The translations under genes and the position numbers were made by a program. A stretch of 60,984 bases of DNA, the filler included. It is 7 parts of 7 records of this genome, joined end to end, with 100 filler letters (N's around TTAATTAATTAA, not from the genome) between each part and the next. Parts side by side here need not be neighbours in the genome. Positions count along the whole stretch, not along the records: positions 39,515 to 45,891 come from SRR31156797_55071; positions 45,992 to 55,849 come from SRR31156797_55089; 5 more parts are not named here. One strand, given 5' to 3'. The notes below the pieces were generated by a model that saw only the letters and a program-made list of their open reading frames with translations, did not search any database and was not told the origin of the DNA. Below, in pieces: positions 40,656 to 51,357 of the stretch. Each line of letters begins with the position of its first letter. Position 1 is the stretch's first letter.

Positions 40656-42251
40656 ATGGAACGGTCTTTCATGGATTACACCCGGCCCAGGAGTGTCAAC
40701 GCAAACAACCTGTTGACCAGCGTTCGCAGCAATGTCCTGAAACATCCCCACAAAACAGCCCTTGTTTGCAACGATATCAGCAGAACCTGGAAGGAGGTGT
40801 GGGAGCGGACCAACCGACTGGGGAACGCCCTGCTTGACCTCGGGCTGAACCGGGGGGACCGGGTGGCCATGGTGCTCAACAACGGGGTCGAGTTTTCGGA
40901 AGTTTTCATTGCAACGGCCAAGGCCGGCCTCATCAAGGTGCCCATGAACTACAACCTGAAGGAATTTGAGCTCGCCTACCAGCTCAATGACTGTGAAGCC
41001 GCTGCCCTGTTTGTCCATCCCGGGTTTCTGGACAGGGTGCTGAAGGCGGCAAGGGAAGTGCCGTCCCTGCACACGATCATCGTGGTGGGAGAGGATGCCC
41101 CCGGTAACATGGTCTCCTACGAAGGGCTTGTGGCAAAGGGATCGCCGGCGGACCCGGCGGTGGAAGTTTCCCCCGACGATATCGAGATCCTTCTCTACAC
41201 CTCCGGAACCACCGGCCGTCCCAAGGGGGTGGTCCGGGGATTTGCCGAGAACTATCATGTGGGAATGAGCTATTGCGTGGAGGCGAACATCACCGCCGAT
41301 TCCGTGCTGCTGACGGTGCCGCCCCAGTACCATGTGGGGCCCTGCGGCACCTTCTGGGCGACCCTGGTGGCAGGCGGCACCCAGGTGATCCTGGAAAAGT
41401 TCAATCCTGAAGCCGTGCTGGCGGCCATGGAAAAGTATGGCGCCACCTGGACCATGATGGTGCCGACCATGTACAACCTTATTCTTGCACTTCCCGGGGA
41501 AACCCTTGCCTCCCATGACCTCTCTTCAATGGAAACATTGATCTGCGGCGGTTCTTCCCTGCACACCCCCACCAAGGTGAAGATCAAGGAGCTGTTCGCC
41601 AATGCCCGGCTGAACGAGTGCTACGGCAGCACCGAGCTTGCCATGTCCACCATCCTCCATGACAAGGACCAGATGCGAAAGGAGCGGTCCGTGGGCAAGC
41701 CCTGGCAGGACATGGAGATCAGGCTCGTGAATCCCGATGGTAAAAACACGGCTCCCCTTGAGGTGGGCATCCTCTACGCCCGGGGGCCCGGACTGTTCCG
41801 GGGGTACTGGAAGAACGAAGCCGGTACCCGGGAGGCGTTCCTGGATGCCGAGTGGGCTACGGTGGGGGATCTGGCAAGGCAGGATGCCGAAGGCTACTAT
41901 TATATCGTGGACAGGGTGAGCGACATGATCATCTCCGGGGGCGTCAATGTCTATCCCGCGGAGATCGAAGAGGTGATCTACGCCATGGATGGGGTGCTTG
42001 AAGCCGCCGTGGTCGGTGTCCCGGATGAACGCTGGGGAGAAGCGGTCAAGGCCCTGATCGTGTTGAAAAAGGGCGCAAGGCTTACAGAATCCCGGGTGAT
42101 CGACTTCTGCAAGGAGCGGCTCGCAGGCTTCAAGGCGCCAAAAAACGTTGATTTTGTTGAGGCGCTGCCTAAGACAGCCTCGGGTAAGATCATGAAATCC
42201 AGCATAAAAAGCGCTTCTGGAAATAGATGGCACCTATCAATACAAAATTGA
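40656..42251 (+). CDS. acyl-CoA synthetase (AMP-binding)
   Basis: 'YTSGTTGRPKG', 'YGSTE', 'DMIISGGVNVYPAEIE', 'LPKTASGKI'. Confidence 0.94.
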   Translation: MERSFMDYTRPRSVNANNLLTSVRSNVLKHPHKTALVCNDISRTWKEVWERTNRLGNALLDLGLNRGDRVAMVLNNGVEFSEVFIATAKAGLIKVPMNYNLKEFELAYQLNDCEAAALFVHPGFLDRVLKAAREVPSLHTIIVVGEDAPGNMVSYEGLVAKGSPADPAVEVSPDDIEILLYTSGTTGRPKGVVRGFAENYHVGMSYCVEANITADSVLLTVPPQYHVGPCGTFWATLVAGGTQVILEKFNPEAVLAAMEKYGATWTMMVPTMYNLILALPGETLASHDLSSMETLICGGSSLHTPTKVKIKELFANARLNECYGSTELAMSTILHDKDQMRKERSVGKPWQDMEIRLVNPDGKNTAPLEVGILYARGPGLFRGYWKNEAGTREAFLDAEWATVGDLARQDAEGYYYIVDRVSDMIISGGVNVYPAEIEEVIYAMDGVLEAAVVGVPDERWGEAVKALIVLKKGARLTESRVIDFCKERLAGFKAPKNVDFVEALPKTASGKIMKSSIKSASGNRWHLSIQN

Positions 42252-42274
42252 AAAAAGGAATGGTTCTTATTGGT

Positions 42275-42664
42275 TCACTCTTTTTGATTGTGTAAGATTC
42301 TTAGCAATCTTCCATCTCTCAAATATAAAGTGTCACCATCCCAACCTGCATATGACTCGACATTTTTATAATCGAACATGGTGTTGTCGATGGTGTTGAT
42401 CTCTATTTTCCCTTTGTAGTCGATATTGCCGACACTATAGTAAATTATTGCGTCATATATTTCCGGTTTATCCTTCTGGCTTTTAGTTACTAATACATAG
42501 ACTCCACCATCAACACCACCAACCCATAACGCGTTTGTTGGGACAGTTTTCGGTCTTGTTGAGGGTGAATAATCAATTTTAGGTCGATCACAGCTACTCA
42601 AGACGATAATGGATATCGTTGACAATAATGTAAATATAATAGTTGCATGTAATTTGTGAAGCAT
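42275..42664 (-). CDS. lipoprotein, candidate immunity protein
   Basis: Signal peptide with 'LSSC' lipobox; 10 nt downstream of the effector-like ORF; AT-rich. Confidence 0.65.
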   Translation of the reverse strand: MLHKLHATIIFTLLSTISIIVLSSCDRPKIDYSPSTRPKTVPTNALWVGGVDGGVYVLVTKSQKDKPEIYDAIIYYSVGNIDYKGKIEINTIDNTMFDYKNVESYAGWDGDTLYLRDGRLLRILHNQKE

Positions 42665-42674
42665 TTATATCCTC

Positions 42675-43310
42675 TTAGAAAGAACCGATTCCTTCTATGT
42701 GTAAAGAATTGTTGGAATAATTATAGTCCAGATCAGGAAAGTCGTCTCTAAATTCACCGATGTATGAATTAGGCCGTGGGTCAAGCATCCAAGGTGTGCT
42801 AACTCCAGCTTTTTCTGCGATGCTTTTTACAAAGTGTATACAGCTATTGGTCATTAGATCATACGGTTCACGATTCGGGGTAGCATTTTGTTTTTTTCTG
42901 GCCAGCGCATAGTTCAACATGATAGTAAACTTATTTTCGACCTCAATATATACACCATGTATCCTTCCTGATTGCCCGGACACTCTTGAAATTTTGCGTA
43001 AAGGCTTTTTGAGTGACGCATAGTCGGGTTTTTTATCCACTATTTCGATATCCGGTAAATTACGAATTTTTTTTACTATACCACGATTGAGCGGTGGGTC
43101 GTAGCGTCCATATTCAAAGTACTTTGTTAACCCACTTTTACCATGAATAAACAGTACGCCTGCATGCCCAAGGTTCGAAAATTTATCTTTGAATGCTGGT
43201 AGCGTAAAATTATCGAAATCAACGTACGGTAAAACATCGATTTCTGTTTTCGGTATTTCTACAGATATTTTATAATCAGGAAAAACTATAGGTATTAATA
43301 TATCTGCCAT
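42675..43310 (-). CDS. TseH-like permuted NlpC/P60 (papain-like) effector
   Basis: 'IPIVFPDY', 'LGHAG' (H49), 'YFEYGRY' (E66), 'Y....NSC..F' (C157): His-before-Cys permuted papain-like order. Confidence 0.6.
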   Translation of the reverse strand: MADILIPIVFPDYKISVEIPKTEIDVLPYVDFDNFTLPAFKDKFSNLGHAGVLFIHGKSGLTKYFEYGRYDPPLNRGIVKKIRNLPDIEIVDKKPDYASLKKPLRKISRVSGQSGRIHGVYIEVENKFTIMLNYALARKKQNATPNREPYDLMTNSCIHFVKSIAEKAGVSTPWMLDPRPNSYIGEFRDDFPDLDYNYSNNSLHIEGIGSF

Positions 43311-43535
43311 GATATCATCCCGTGCTAATGAGATTTTTGTAAAGTCGAATCAATAGCGAAAAGCTTGCAGTGTAATGCCAGGAATATCTAATCTTGTTAT
43401 TGGATTTATATAGTTTCTTTTACGGTTGTGCAAGGAAAAATATTCAATATCAGCTTTAACGGCGAAACATCCTCGATATTGTTATTCGATATCAAACTCA
43501 GTTTTTTTTTTGATACCACAGGATGTTGATAAGGG

Positions 43536-43928
43536 TTATTTTTCTGTGACCATGACCTTGATGCGATAATCCGTTGAATTGTCCTTTCCTGTTTCCATTT
43601 GTGCCGACATTCCGGGTTGGGTCACAAATACAGGTGATGTAAGGAGTTTATATCCATTGGCTTCGTTTTTTTCCAACAACCGTGTCTCCACAACAAAGTT
43701 GCCTGTCGGTTCTTTTACAGCGTTAACGGAAAACCTGTAGGTGTCCCACTCCATTGTTGCCTCTTGATTGTCGGCAACGGTAAATTGGGGGCTGCCGATG
43801 ATTTCATCACCCACCCGTATCTCCGTATCGACCTGATATTGGGCGATTCGTATGCCTGAACAGCCCATCCCACAGAGGATCAAACAGCCGATGATGCAAA
43901 ATGCCCAAAATATAGTTGTTTTTCTCAT
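43536..43928 (-). CDS. hypothetical lipoprotein
   Basis: 130 aa, signal peptide ending 'GMGC'. Confidence 0.7.
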   Translation of the reverse strand: MRKTTIFWAFCIIGCLILCGMGCSGIRIAQYQVDTEIRVGDEIIGSPQFTVADNQEATMEWDTYRFSVNAVKEPTGNFVVETRLLEKNEANGYKLLTSPVFVTQPGMSAQMETGKDNSTDYRIKVMVTEK

Positions 43929-43958
43929 TTCTTTTCCTTTACACTTCGTTGTCGCAGG

Positions 43959-44693
43959 TTATTCTTCCATCAATATTTTCATCATTTGCTCATGACGATT
44001 CAAAAAGTCTTTGGTTACGGCGTAATGCTCCGTATCTTCATAATTTACTTCGTATATCCCCGTTGAGGAGAATTGATATATTTTTGATCTCGGATAGGCC
44101 AGTAAAATGGGAGAATGGGTCGCAATGATGAATTGCGAGTTCTGCTCCACCAATTGATGGATCGCCGATACCGCCGCCATTTGCCTGGCGGGGGAGAGGG
44201 CTGCCTCCGGTTCATCCATGATGTACAGCCCGTTGCCCCGAAGTTTATTTACAAGGGTGGCCATGAATGATTCCCCATGGGATTGCTGGTGGAGGGATTT
44301 TCCGCCGTAGCTTGAGAGATATTCCGGCACGGTATCCATCAACGACGCCAGGTTGTAAAAACTCTCTGCCCTGAGGAAATATCCGTCCCGGGGATATTTG
44401 TAGCTTTTGAACGATTTCAGGTGCCGGTACAGGTCCGAATGGGTTCTACTGGTGGAAAAGGTTGAGCTCTTTGTGCCGCCTTCCGGGTTAAACCCCAGGG
44501 CAACAGCGATGCCTTCGATAAGGGTTGATTTACCGGTGCCGTTTTCCCCCACAAAGAAGGTGACATCCGGGTGAAATTCAAGAAAATCCAGTTCTTTTAC
44601 CGCCGGAATGCAAAAGGGGTATTCATCGAAACGGTCGATTTCATCTCTTTTTAACTGAATTTCCCTTAAATAGGGCCTGTCTTCGAGTCTCAT
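43959..44693 (-). CDS. stand-alone ABC-type ATPase (AAA_21 / COG3910-like)
   Basis: 'GENGTGKST', 'FLRAES', 'SHGESF', 'MDEPEAALSP', 'IIATHSP'. Confidence 0.9.
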   Translation of the reverse strand: MRLEDRPYLREIQLKRDEIDRFDEYPFCIPAVKELDFLEFHPDVTFFVGENGTGKSTLIEGIAVALGFNPEGGTKSSTFSTSRTHSDLYRHLKSFKSYKYPRDGYFLRAESFYNLASLMDTVPEYLSSYGGKSLHQQSHGESFMATLVNKLRGNGLYIMDEPEAALSPARQMAAVSAIHQLVEQNSQFIIATHSPILLAYPRSKIYQFSSTGIYEVNYEDTEHYAVTKDFLNRHEQMMKILMEE

Positions 44694-44777
44694 ACCATCC
44701 TTATGTCTGACAATTTATCTGATCGCCTTTTATATGAATGAACCGGTTTGTTCAAGTTGAATTTGCCAAGGTTTTAT

Positions 44778-45311
44778 TCAACTTTTGGGCAGCATGTCTT
44801 TGTTCGCTGTTTCCATGCCCATACGCGCCTTTTTATCCACCCTTTTAAAAAGGTCCGGCACACGAAATCGTCCCGCCATTTTGCCGATATTTGAGGCGGC
44901 CTGTACCTGAGATATCCCTGCGGATGTAACATAAAGGGGCTTTTGGCTTTGACCGCGAAACACCTCTTCCGCATGATCTGTATTTCTGAATCTATTCTTG
45001 GCCACACCGACAACAGGAACTTTTCCGTTCAACGCTTCAAACAGGTACGCACCCAACCCTGGAGAGCGTTCCTCGGATAAATAGCAGTAGGCGTCAATGA
45101 TATAAAGCTGTATCTGTTCCTCTATCTTTGCAATTACTTTTAACAGTGGTTCCAGCTCACGCTGGTAGAATTTCCCCGGTTCGTATTTTTTATCCCATTG
45201 AATAACTTCAGAATATTCCTTTATGGGGTGTGTCGCCGACCAGTCATTGAATACAACCGCCGCCGCGCAAGCATAATCTTCTTTGTAATGGACATCAAGA
45301 CAAGCGATCAC
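44778..45311 (-). CDS. endonuclease V-like protein (short form)
   Basis: GTG start 'MIACLDVHY', 'YEPGKFYQREL', 'IID', 'GLG', 'VVGVAK', 'PLYVTS', 'R.PD..KRVD'. Confidence 0.85.
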   Translation of the reverse strand: MIACLDVHYKEDYACAAAVVFNDWSATHPIKEYSEVIQWDKKYEPGKFYQRELEPLLKVIAKIEEQIQLYIIDAYCYLSEERSPGLGAYLFEALNGKVPVVGVAKNRFRNTDHAEEVFRGQSQKPLYVTSAGISQVQAASNIGKMAGRFRVPDLFKRVDKKARMGMETANKDMLPKS

Positions 45312-45594
45312 CTTATACCTCCGCCCTGTCAAGATCGTACAGTGAAGTAAAAGAACAATACAAGAAACAGCCATTGTTCCCATCTGTATTTGATATCATG
45401 GGGCAAGTAGTCTGTCAAAAAAAGAGCTTATCTAAATGCCGCCCGTCAAGCATCGAAGGGTGAAATTGGGAATCAGGCTTTTTTATTTTATCTGTCTTCG
45501 GAAATTTGATATAAATAAAAGATCCGCAAAAAAATCCGGCGTGGGATCGTTTGGGTGTTGAATACAATCAAATGCAACGCCATGGAGGTGTCAT

Positions 45595-45882
45595 ATGCCA
45601 GCTTATGTTATTCTCAGTAAACTTTCCCCGGGAGCCTTCTCCGATCCCAAGGATTTCAAGGAGATCGCTTCTGTTGTTTCACAAAAAATCAAGGATGAAT
45701 GTCCAGGAGTGACCTGGAAATGCAGCTATGCAACCATGGGACGTTTTGATGTGGTTGATGTCGTGGAGTCGGATGATCCCAAGCAGGTGAAGAAAGCCGC
45801 CATGATCATTCGGGCTTACGGGCATGCCAAAACCGAAACATTGGTTGCGACAGAATGGCATGACTTTTTAGACGAACTTTAG
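45595..45882 (+). CDS. GYD-domain protein
   Basis: 'MPAYVIL', 'YATMGRFDVV', 'TETL.A'; RBS GGAGG. Confidence 0.85.
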   Translation: MPAYVILSKLSPGAFSDPKDFKEIASVVSQKIKDECPGVTWKCSYATMGRFDVVDVVESDDPKQVKKAAMIIRAYGHAKTETLVATEWHDFLDEL

Positions 45883-45891
45883 GTATTAAAC

Positions 45892-45991
45892 NNNNNNNNN
45901 NNNNNNNNNNNNNNNNNNNNNNNNNNNNNNNNNNNTTAATTAATTAANNNNNNNNNNNNNNNNNNNNNNNNNNNNNNNNNNNNNNNNNNNN
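45892..45991. other. artificial contig linker
   Basis: N44-TTAATTAATTAA-N44. Confidence 0.99.
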
Positions 45992-46899
<908 letters not shown>

Positions 46900-47017
46900 A
46901 AGTTGCTCCCAACATTGCTTGACTTTTAAGCATTAAAATGGCTTTATACAGTAAATTTTTGTTAAAATGAAACATTAAAATCCGAAACACCCGTTTCCCC
47001 AGACTGGACAACCAACC

Positions 47018-49345
47018 ATGGCGTCATCGATACCCGTAAAACCAAAATTCCGCAACCTGCCAACACCCGTGGCTATTCTGATTGTAACCGCTTTTATCTT
47101 CCTTTGGCCCCTGTCGGCCCAGGCCCTGCTGGAGAGACCCTCCAAGGAGACATCCTGGCACATTTCCGCACTCAAGGGGACCCACGACCAGGATAGGGAT
47201 CTCTATGTGGCCGAAGGCGAGGTGGTGATCAAAGGCGGCAACACCCGGCTTGAAGCCGACTATGTGGAGTTCAGCAACACCACCAAGGATGCCCTGGCCA
47301 GGGGCCATGTCCTCCTGATTTCAGGAGAGGACACGGTGACCTGCGACTCCATGCGCCTCAACCTTGCCACTGAAACCGGGACCATCTACGACGGCACCGT
47401 GTTTATCCGGGAGAACAACTTCTATATCCGGGGGGACAAAATCACAAAGACCGGCAAGGATACCTACCAGGCCGGGAAAGCCTCCCTCACCTCCTGTTCA
47501 GGGGATTCCCCGGACTGGAAGATTTCGGTCAGGGATGTGAAGGTCACCATTGAAGGATACGGGTTTGCAAAACACGCCACCGTCTGGGCAAAAAAAATGC
47601 CTGCCCTGTACTCGCCCTTTCTGGCCTTTCCGGCAAAGACAAAGCGCCAGACAGGCCTGCTTGCGCCCCAATACTCCTTTTCGGACCGGAAGGGATTTCG
47701 ATTCACCCAGCCCCTGTTCCTTGCCCTCTCCAGAAGCACGGACGCGACCCTCTACGCCGACTACATGGACAAGCGGGGTATAAAGCTGGGCGCGGAGTAC
47801 CGCTATCTCCTGGCCAACGGTTCCAGGGGCACCGCGTTCCTGGATTTCATGGACGACCGGCAAATCGATGACGGCACCAAAGAGACCGAGGATTACCGCT
47901 ACGACAGCACCCCGAACAGGACCAACACGGACCGGTACTGGTTCAGGATGAAGCATGACCAGAACCTTCCGGACCAGTGGAAGGCAAAACTGGACCTGGA
48001 CATAGTGAGCGATGCCGACTATCTCCATGAATTCAAGAACGGGTACACGGGGTTCACCCCGACCCGGGACTATTTTGACAACACCTTCGGCAGAAGCGTG
48101 GACGACTACGATGACACGGAAAGGGCAAACCGATTCAACCTGAACAGGACCTGGTCCGCCTACAGCCTGAACATGGATGTCGACTGGTATGACAATGTCA
48201 TCGCAAGAAGGAACCACAGTGACGACACGACCCTCCAGACCCTTCCGGCCCTGGAATTCGACTCGGTCCGTCAGCAGATCGGCAAAACACCCCTGTACGT
48301 GGATTTAAATTCCGAATTCAGGAAATTTTACAGAAAGGACACCACAGCCACAAAAACAAACGGCCAGCGAACCGACATCCACCCAACCCTTTACCTTCCC
48401 ATGCGGGCCGGCCAATACTTCAGCCTGGAGCCGTCCATCGGCCTTCGCCAGACCTTCTGGTATTCGGACGAGTACGAGTACGCCTCGGGAAGCGACGAGG
48501 GGTTCAACCACCGGGAACTCTATGACCTCAACCTGAAGCTTTCCACCGAGGTCTCCCGGGTGTTCAACACGGGTTCCGGGTTTGCCGAAAAGATCAAACA
48601 CGAGATCACGCCGGCCCTTGAGTATCACTACATTCCGGATGAGGACCAGGACGACCTGCCCTTTTTCGATGACATTGACAGGATCGCAAGAAGGAACGAC
48701 CTGACCTGGTCGTTGACCAACCGATTCATCTCAAGAAAGAGAAAGCCCCGCCCGGCACATCCGGCTGAGAAGCAAGGTGCCGGGGAGCAACCTGTAGCCC
48801 TCCCCGCAAAGGAAGAGTACGTCTACCACGAATTTGCCTGGATAAAGCTCTTCCAGACCTGCTATTTCGAAGACCAGACCCATTACGACGATGACGTAAG
48901 GATCGACTCCTCCCAGTCCTTTTCCGACATTTCCCTGGAGAGCGAGTTTTCACCCTTTCCCTGGCTTTCCCTGGACGTGGACGCAGACTGGTCCCCCTAT
49001 GAGAACCACTTCATGGAGCATAACACCGGCCTCACACTGAAGGACAACCGGGGGGATTCCATCCGGGGCAGGTACCGGTACAAACGGAAACGGACCGAAC
49101 CGGTAAAGCAGGATCCCTCGGAGACGTTTTACACAAGGCTCGACACAACCATCACCTCGAGACTCAGCGCCTTTTACGCCTATGAAGAGGATCTGTTAAA
49201 ACACGAGAGGGTAGAAGCCTATACCGGTATCGAGTATCGCAAAGATTGCTGGTCCCTACTTGTGGCCTACAAGGACAAACCGGGCGACAGATCCTTTGGT
49301 TTCATAATAACCCTATACGGTATCGGAGAATTTGGACGAAAATGA
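47018..49345 (+). CDS. lptD: LPS assembly outer membrane protein
   Basis: Signal peptide, OstA-like N-domain, 'TSC...P.W', 'RQTGLL.P', C-terminal 'CWS...LYGIG'. Confidence 0.9.
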   Translation: MASSIPVKPKFRNLPTPVAILIVTAFIFLWPLSAQALLERPSKETSWHISALKGTHDQDRDLYVAEGEVVIKGGNTRLEADYVEFSNTTKDALARGHVLLISGEDTVTCDSMRLNLATETGTIYDGTVFIRENNFYIRGDKITKTGKDTYQAGKASLTSCSGDSPDWKISVRDVKVTIEGYGFAKHATVWAKKMPALYSPFLAFPAKTKRQTGLLAPQYSFSDRKGFRFTQPLFLALSRSTDATLYADYMDKRGIKLGAEYRYLLANGSRGTAFLDFMDDRQIDDGTKETEDYRYDSTPNRTNTDRYWFRMKHDQNLPDQWKAKLDLDIVSDADYLHEFKNGYTGFTPTRDYFDNTFGRSVDDYDDTERANRFNLNRTWSAYSLNMDVDWYDNVIARRNHSDDTTLQTLPALEFDSVRQQIGKTPLYVDLNSEFRKFYRKDTTATKTNGQRTDIHPTLYLPMRAGQYFSLEPSIGLRQTFWYSDEYEYASGSDEGFNHRELYDLNLKLSTEVSRVFNTGSGFAEKIKHEITPALEYHYIPDEDQDDLPFFDDIDRIARRNDLTWSLTNRFISRKRKPRPAHPAEKQGAGEQPVALPAKEEYVYHEFAWIKLFQTCYFEDQTHYDDDVRIDSSQSFSDISLESEFSPFPWLSLDVDADWSPYENHFMEHNTGLTLKDNRGDSIRGRYRYKRKRTEPVKQDPSETFYTRLDTTITSRLSAFYAYEEDLLKHERVEAYTGIEYRKDCWSLLVAYKDKPGDRSFGFIITLYGIGEFGRK

Positions 49346-49866
49346 TTCAATCCAAGCAATGGTACACCCTTCTCACAAGGAGCCGCTTTGAAAACGTTGT
49401 ATTCAATGACATCCAAAAAAAATCCATTGAGGCCTTTCTTCCCAAGATCAAGGTAAAGAGCCGGCGCAAGGACAGGAAACTGATGATTGATGTGCCCCTG
49501 TTTCCGGGCTACCTCTTTGTCAACATAAGCCGTGACCCCCAGGAACAGCTGAGGGTGCTCAAAACCATGGGGGCTGTCCGCCTGCTGGGTTTTTCCGGGG
49601 GTCCGGTTCCGGTTCCCGACAGCCACATAGAATCCCTCAAGATCATCACAAGCACCAACGGTGACATCATCTGCGGCACCACCAGCGCCCTGAAAAAAGG
49701 CGAGATGGTTCAGGTGGTTAACGGGCCCTTTGCCGGCGTCAAAGGCGAATTTCTGCGCTACAAGGGAAAAGACCGGGTGATTATAAAAATCGAAACCCTG
49801 GGCCAGTTCGCAGGGGTTGAAATCGATATGGAAGACGTGGAGCAATTGCCGGATATCCTCTCCTAA
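49342..49866 (+). CDS. NusG paralogue transcription antiterminator (UpxY/LoaP/RfaH-like)
   Basis: 'WY..TRSRFE', 'PLFPGYLFV', KOW 'GEMVQVVNGPFAG'; ATGA overlap with lptD. Confidence 0.88.
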   Translation: MIQSKQWYTLLTRSRFENVVFNDIQKKSIEAFLPKIKVKSRRKDRKLMIDVPLFPGYLFVNISRDPQEQLRVLKTMGAVRLLGFSGGPVPVPDSHIESLKIITSTNGDIICGTTSALKKGEMVQVVNGPFAGVKGEFLRYKGKDRVIIKIETLGQFAGVEIDMEDVEQLPDILS

Positions 49867-49870
49867 CCCC

Positions 49871-49899
49871 TTGACATAGTATAAAAATTTGTTTAGATA
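49871..49899 (+). promoter_or_regulatory. candidate sigma-70 promoter for ihfB-holB
   Basis: TTGACA, 17 nt, TAGATA; the -10 element is imperfect. Confidence 0.4.
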
Positions 49900-50000
49900 G
49901 TGATTTGCGCCCACCCGATGGGCCAATTTTTTTTACGGAAAAATGGTCTCACACAATGGTTTGCTGATGAACCTGTTCCAGACAACACAAAAGAGGATTT

Positions 50001-50276
50001 ATGAATAAACTTGAACTTATCTCCGTCCTGAAACAGAGGGCAGATCTTACAAAAAACGAAGCTGCCGAAGTCGTTCAAATATTTTTTGATTCACTGACCG
50101 AAGCCCTTGCAAACGATGAAAGGGTCGAAATCCGCGGTCTGTGCAGCTTCTTTATCAAAGAGTACAAAAGCTATACCGGCCGGAATCCCAAGACCGGCGC
50201 CAAGGTAACCATCCCGGCAAAGAAACTGCCGTTTTTCAAATGTGGCAAAGAGCTAAAAGAGCGGGTCGATTATTAG
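50001..50276 (+). CDS. ihfB: integration host factor beta / HU family
   Basis: 'ERVEIRG..SF', 'GRNPKTG', 'PFFKCGKELKERVD'. Confidence 0.9.
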   Translation: MNKLELISVLKQRADLTKNEAAEVVQIFFDSLTEALANDERVEIRGLCSFFIKEYKSYTGRNPKTGAKVTIPAKKLPFFKCGKELKERVDY

Positions 50277-50279
50277 CCA

Positions 50280-51329
50280 ATGTCTGTTCATGGCACAGCA
50301 GAGGAGCATTACCAGTTCAAGGAGTCAGACCTGCCCAGGGCTTTGACGGGTATTCTTGAGACCCGAAAAATACCCAATGCGCTTCTGTTTATCGGCAACC
50401 CGGGCATCGGCAAGCGTGACGCAGCACTGCAGTTTGCCCGGGCTGCCAACTGCCTGGGAGAAAGGCCTTCCAGGGCCCATGCCTGCAACAGGTGCAAATC
50501 ATGCAGAAAGATGGCCGCCGGAATGCATCCCGATATCATCCGGATTGAACCGGTAAAGGGATCGATCAGGATCGCATTGATCCGGGAGCTTTACGGCGCC
50601 ATCACGGTAAAACCCCATGAGGCCGAATTCCGCATGGTTCTCATCGAAGACGCGGATACCATGAACCCGGAGGCCTCGAACGCGTTGTTGAAGATTCTTG
50701 AAGAGCCGCCGGAACGGACCTTTTTCGTTCTGACCGCAAAAACAACCGACTCCCTTCTTCAGACCATCCTCTCCCGGTGCCGGCAGGTGCGGTTCAAACC
50801 GGCAAGCCTTGGAAGCATCCAGCAGACCCTGGTGGACGCCCACGGCATGGATCCGGTCATGGCACGGGTTGCGGCATCATGGTCCGACGGGAGCCTCGAC
50901 AAAGCCCTCAGGCTTCTCAACCTGTCAGACGACAACGACGGCACAGACTGGATGAAAAGACGGCAATGGCTCATCACGGAGACAGGTGCCCTGATCAAAG
51001 GCGGCAGGGGAAGCGACCGGACCACCCTCCTTCTTCTGGCGGAAAAGATCGGCCGGGACCTCGACCTCTTAACCGACTCCCTGGCCGTCATCAGGACCTT
51101 TTTCAGGGATATTGCCGTGTTCGGGTACAACCCGGGCACCATTGTAAACAGTGATTTTTCAGCCCTTATACAGGAGATCATCCACAATCAACCGGCCTTG
51201 GCCCAGAAAGCCCTGGAATGGATCAAAGAGCTCCACAACGTTGAAAAAAAAATCAAGGCCAATGCAGGCGTTAGATTAACCTTGGAAGCATTTTTCTTTA
51301 AACTCACGCCTGCCAGGCAAATGGCCTGA
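50280..51329 (+). CDS. holB: DNA polymerase III delta' subunit
   Basis: 'ALLF.G..GIGK', C..C..C, 'HPDI', 'ASNALLKILEEPP', 'TILSRC'. Confidence 0.93.
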   Translation: MSVHGTAEEHYQFKESDLPRALTGILETRKIPNALLFIGNPGIGKRDAALQFARAANCLGERPSRAHACNRCKSCRKMAAGMHPDIIRIEPVKGSIRIALIRELYGAITVKPHEAEFRMVLIEDADTMNPEASNALLKILEEPPERTFFVLTAKTTDSLLQTILSRCRQVRFKPASLGSIQQTLVDAHGMDPVMARVAASWSDGSLDKALRLLNLSDDNDGTDWMKRRQWLITETGALIKGGRGSDRTTLLLLAEKIGRDLDLLTDSLAVIRTFFRDIAVFGYNPGTIVNSDFSALIQEIIHNQPALAQKALEWIKELHNVEKKIKANAGVRLTLEAFFFKLTPARQMA

Positions 51330-51357
51330 CGTTATAAAGGTCCAACAGGAGAGCATC

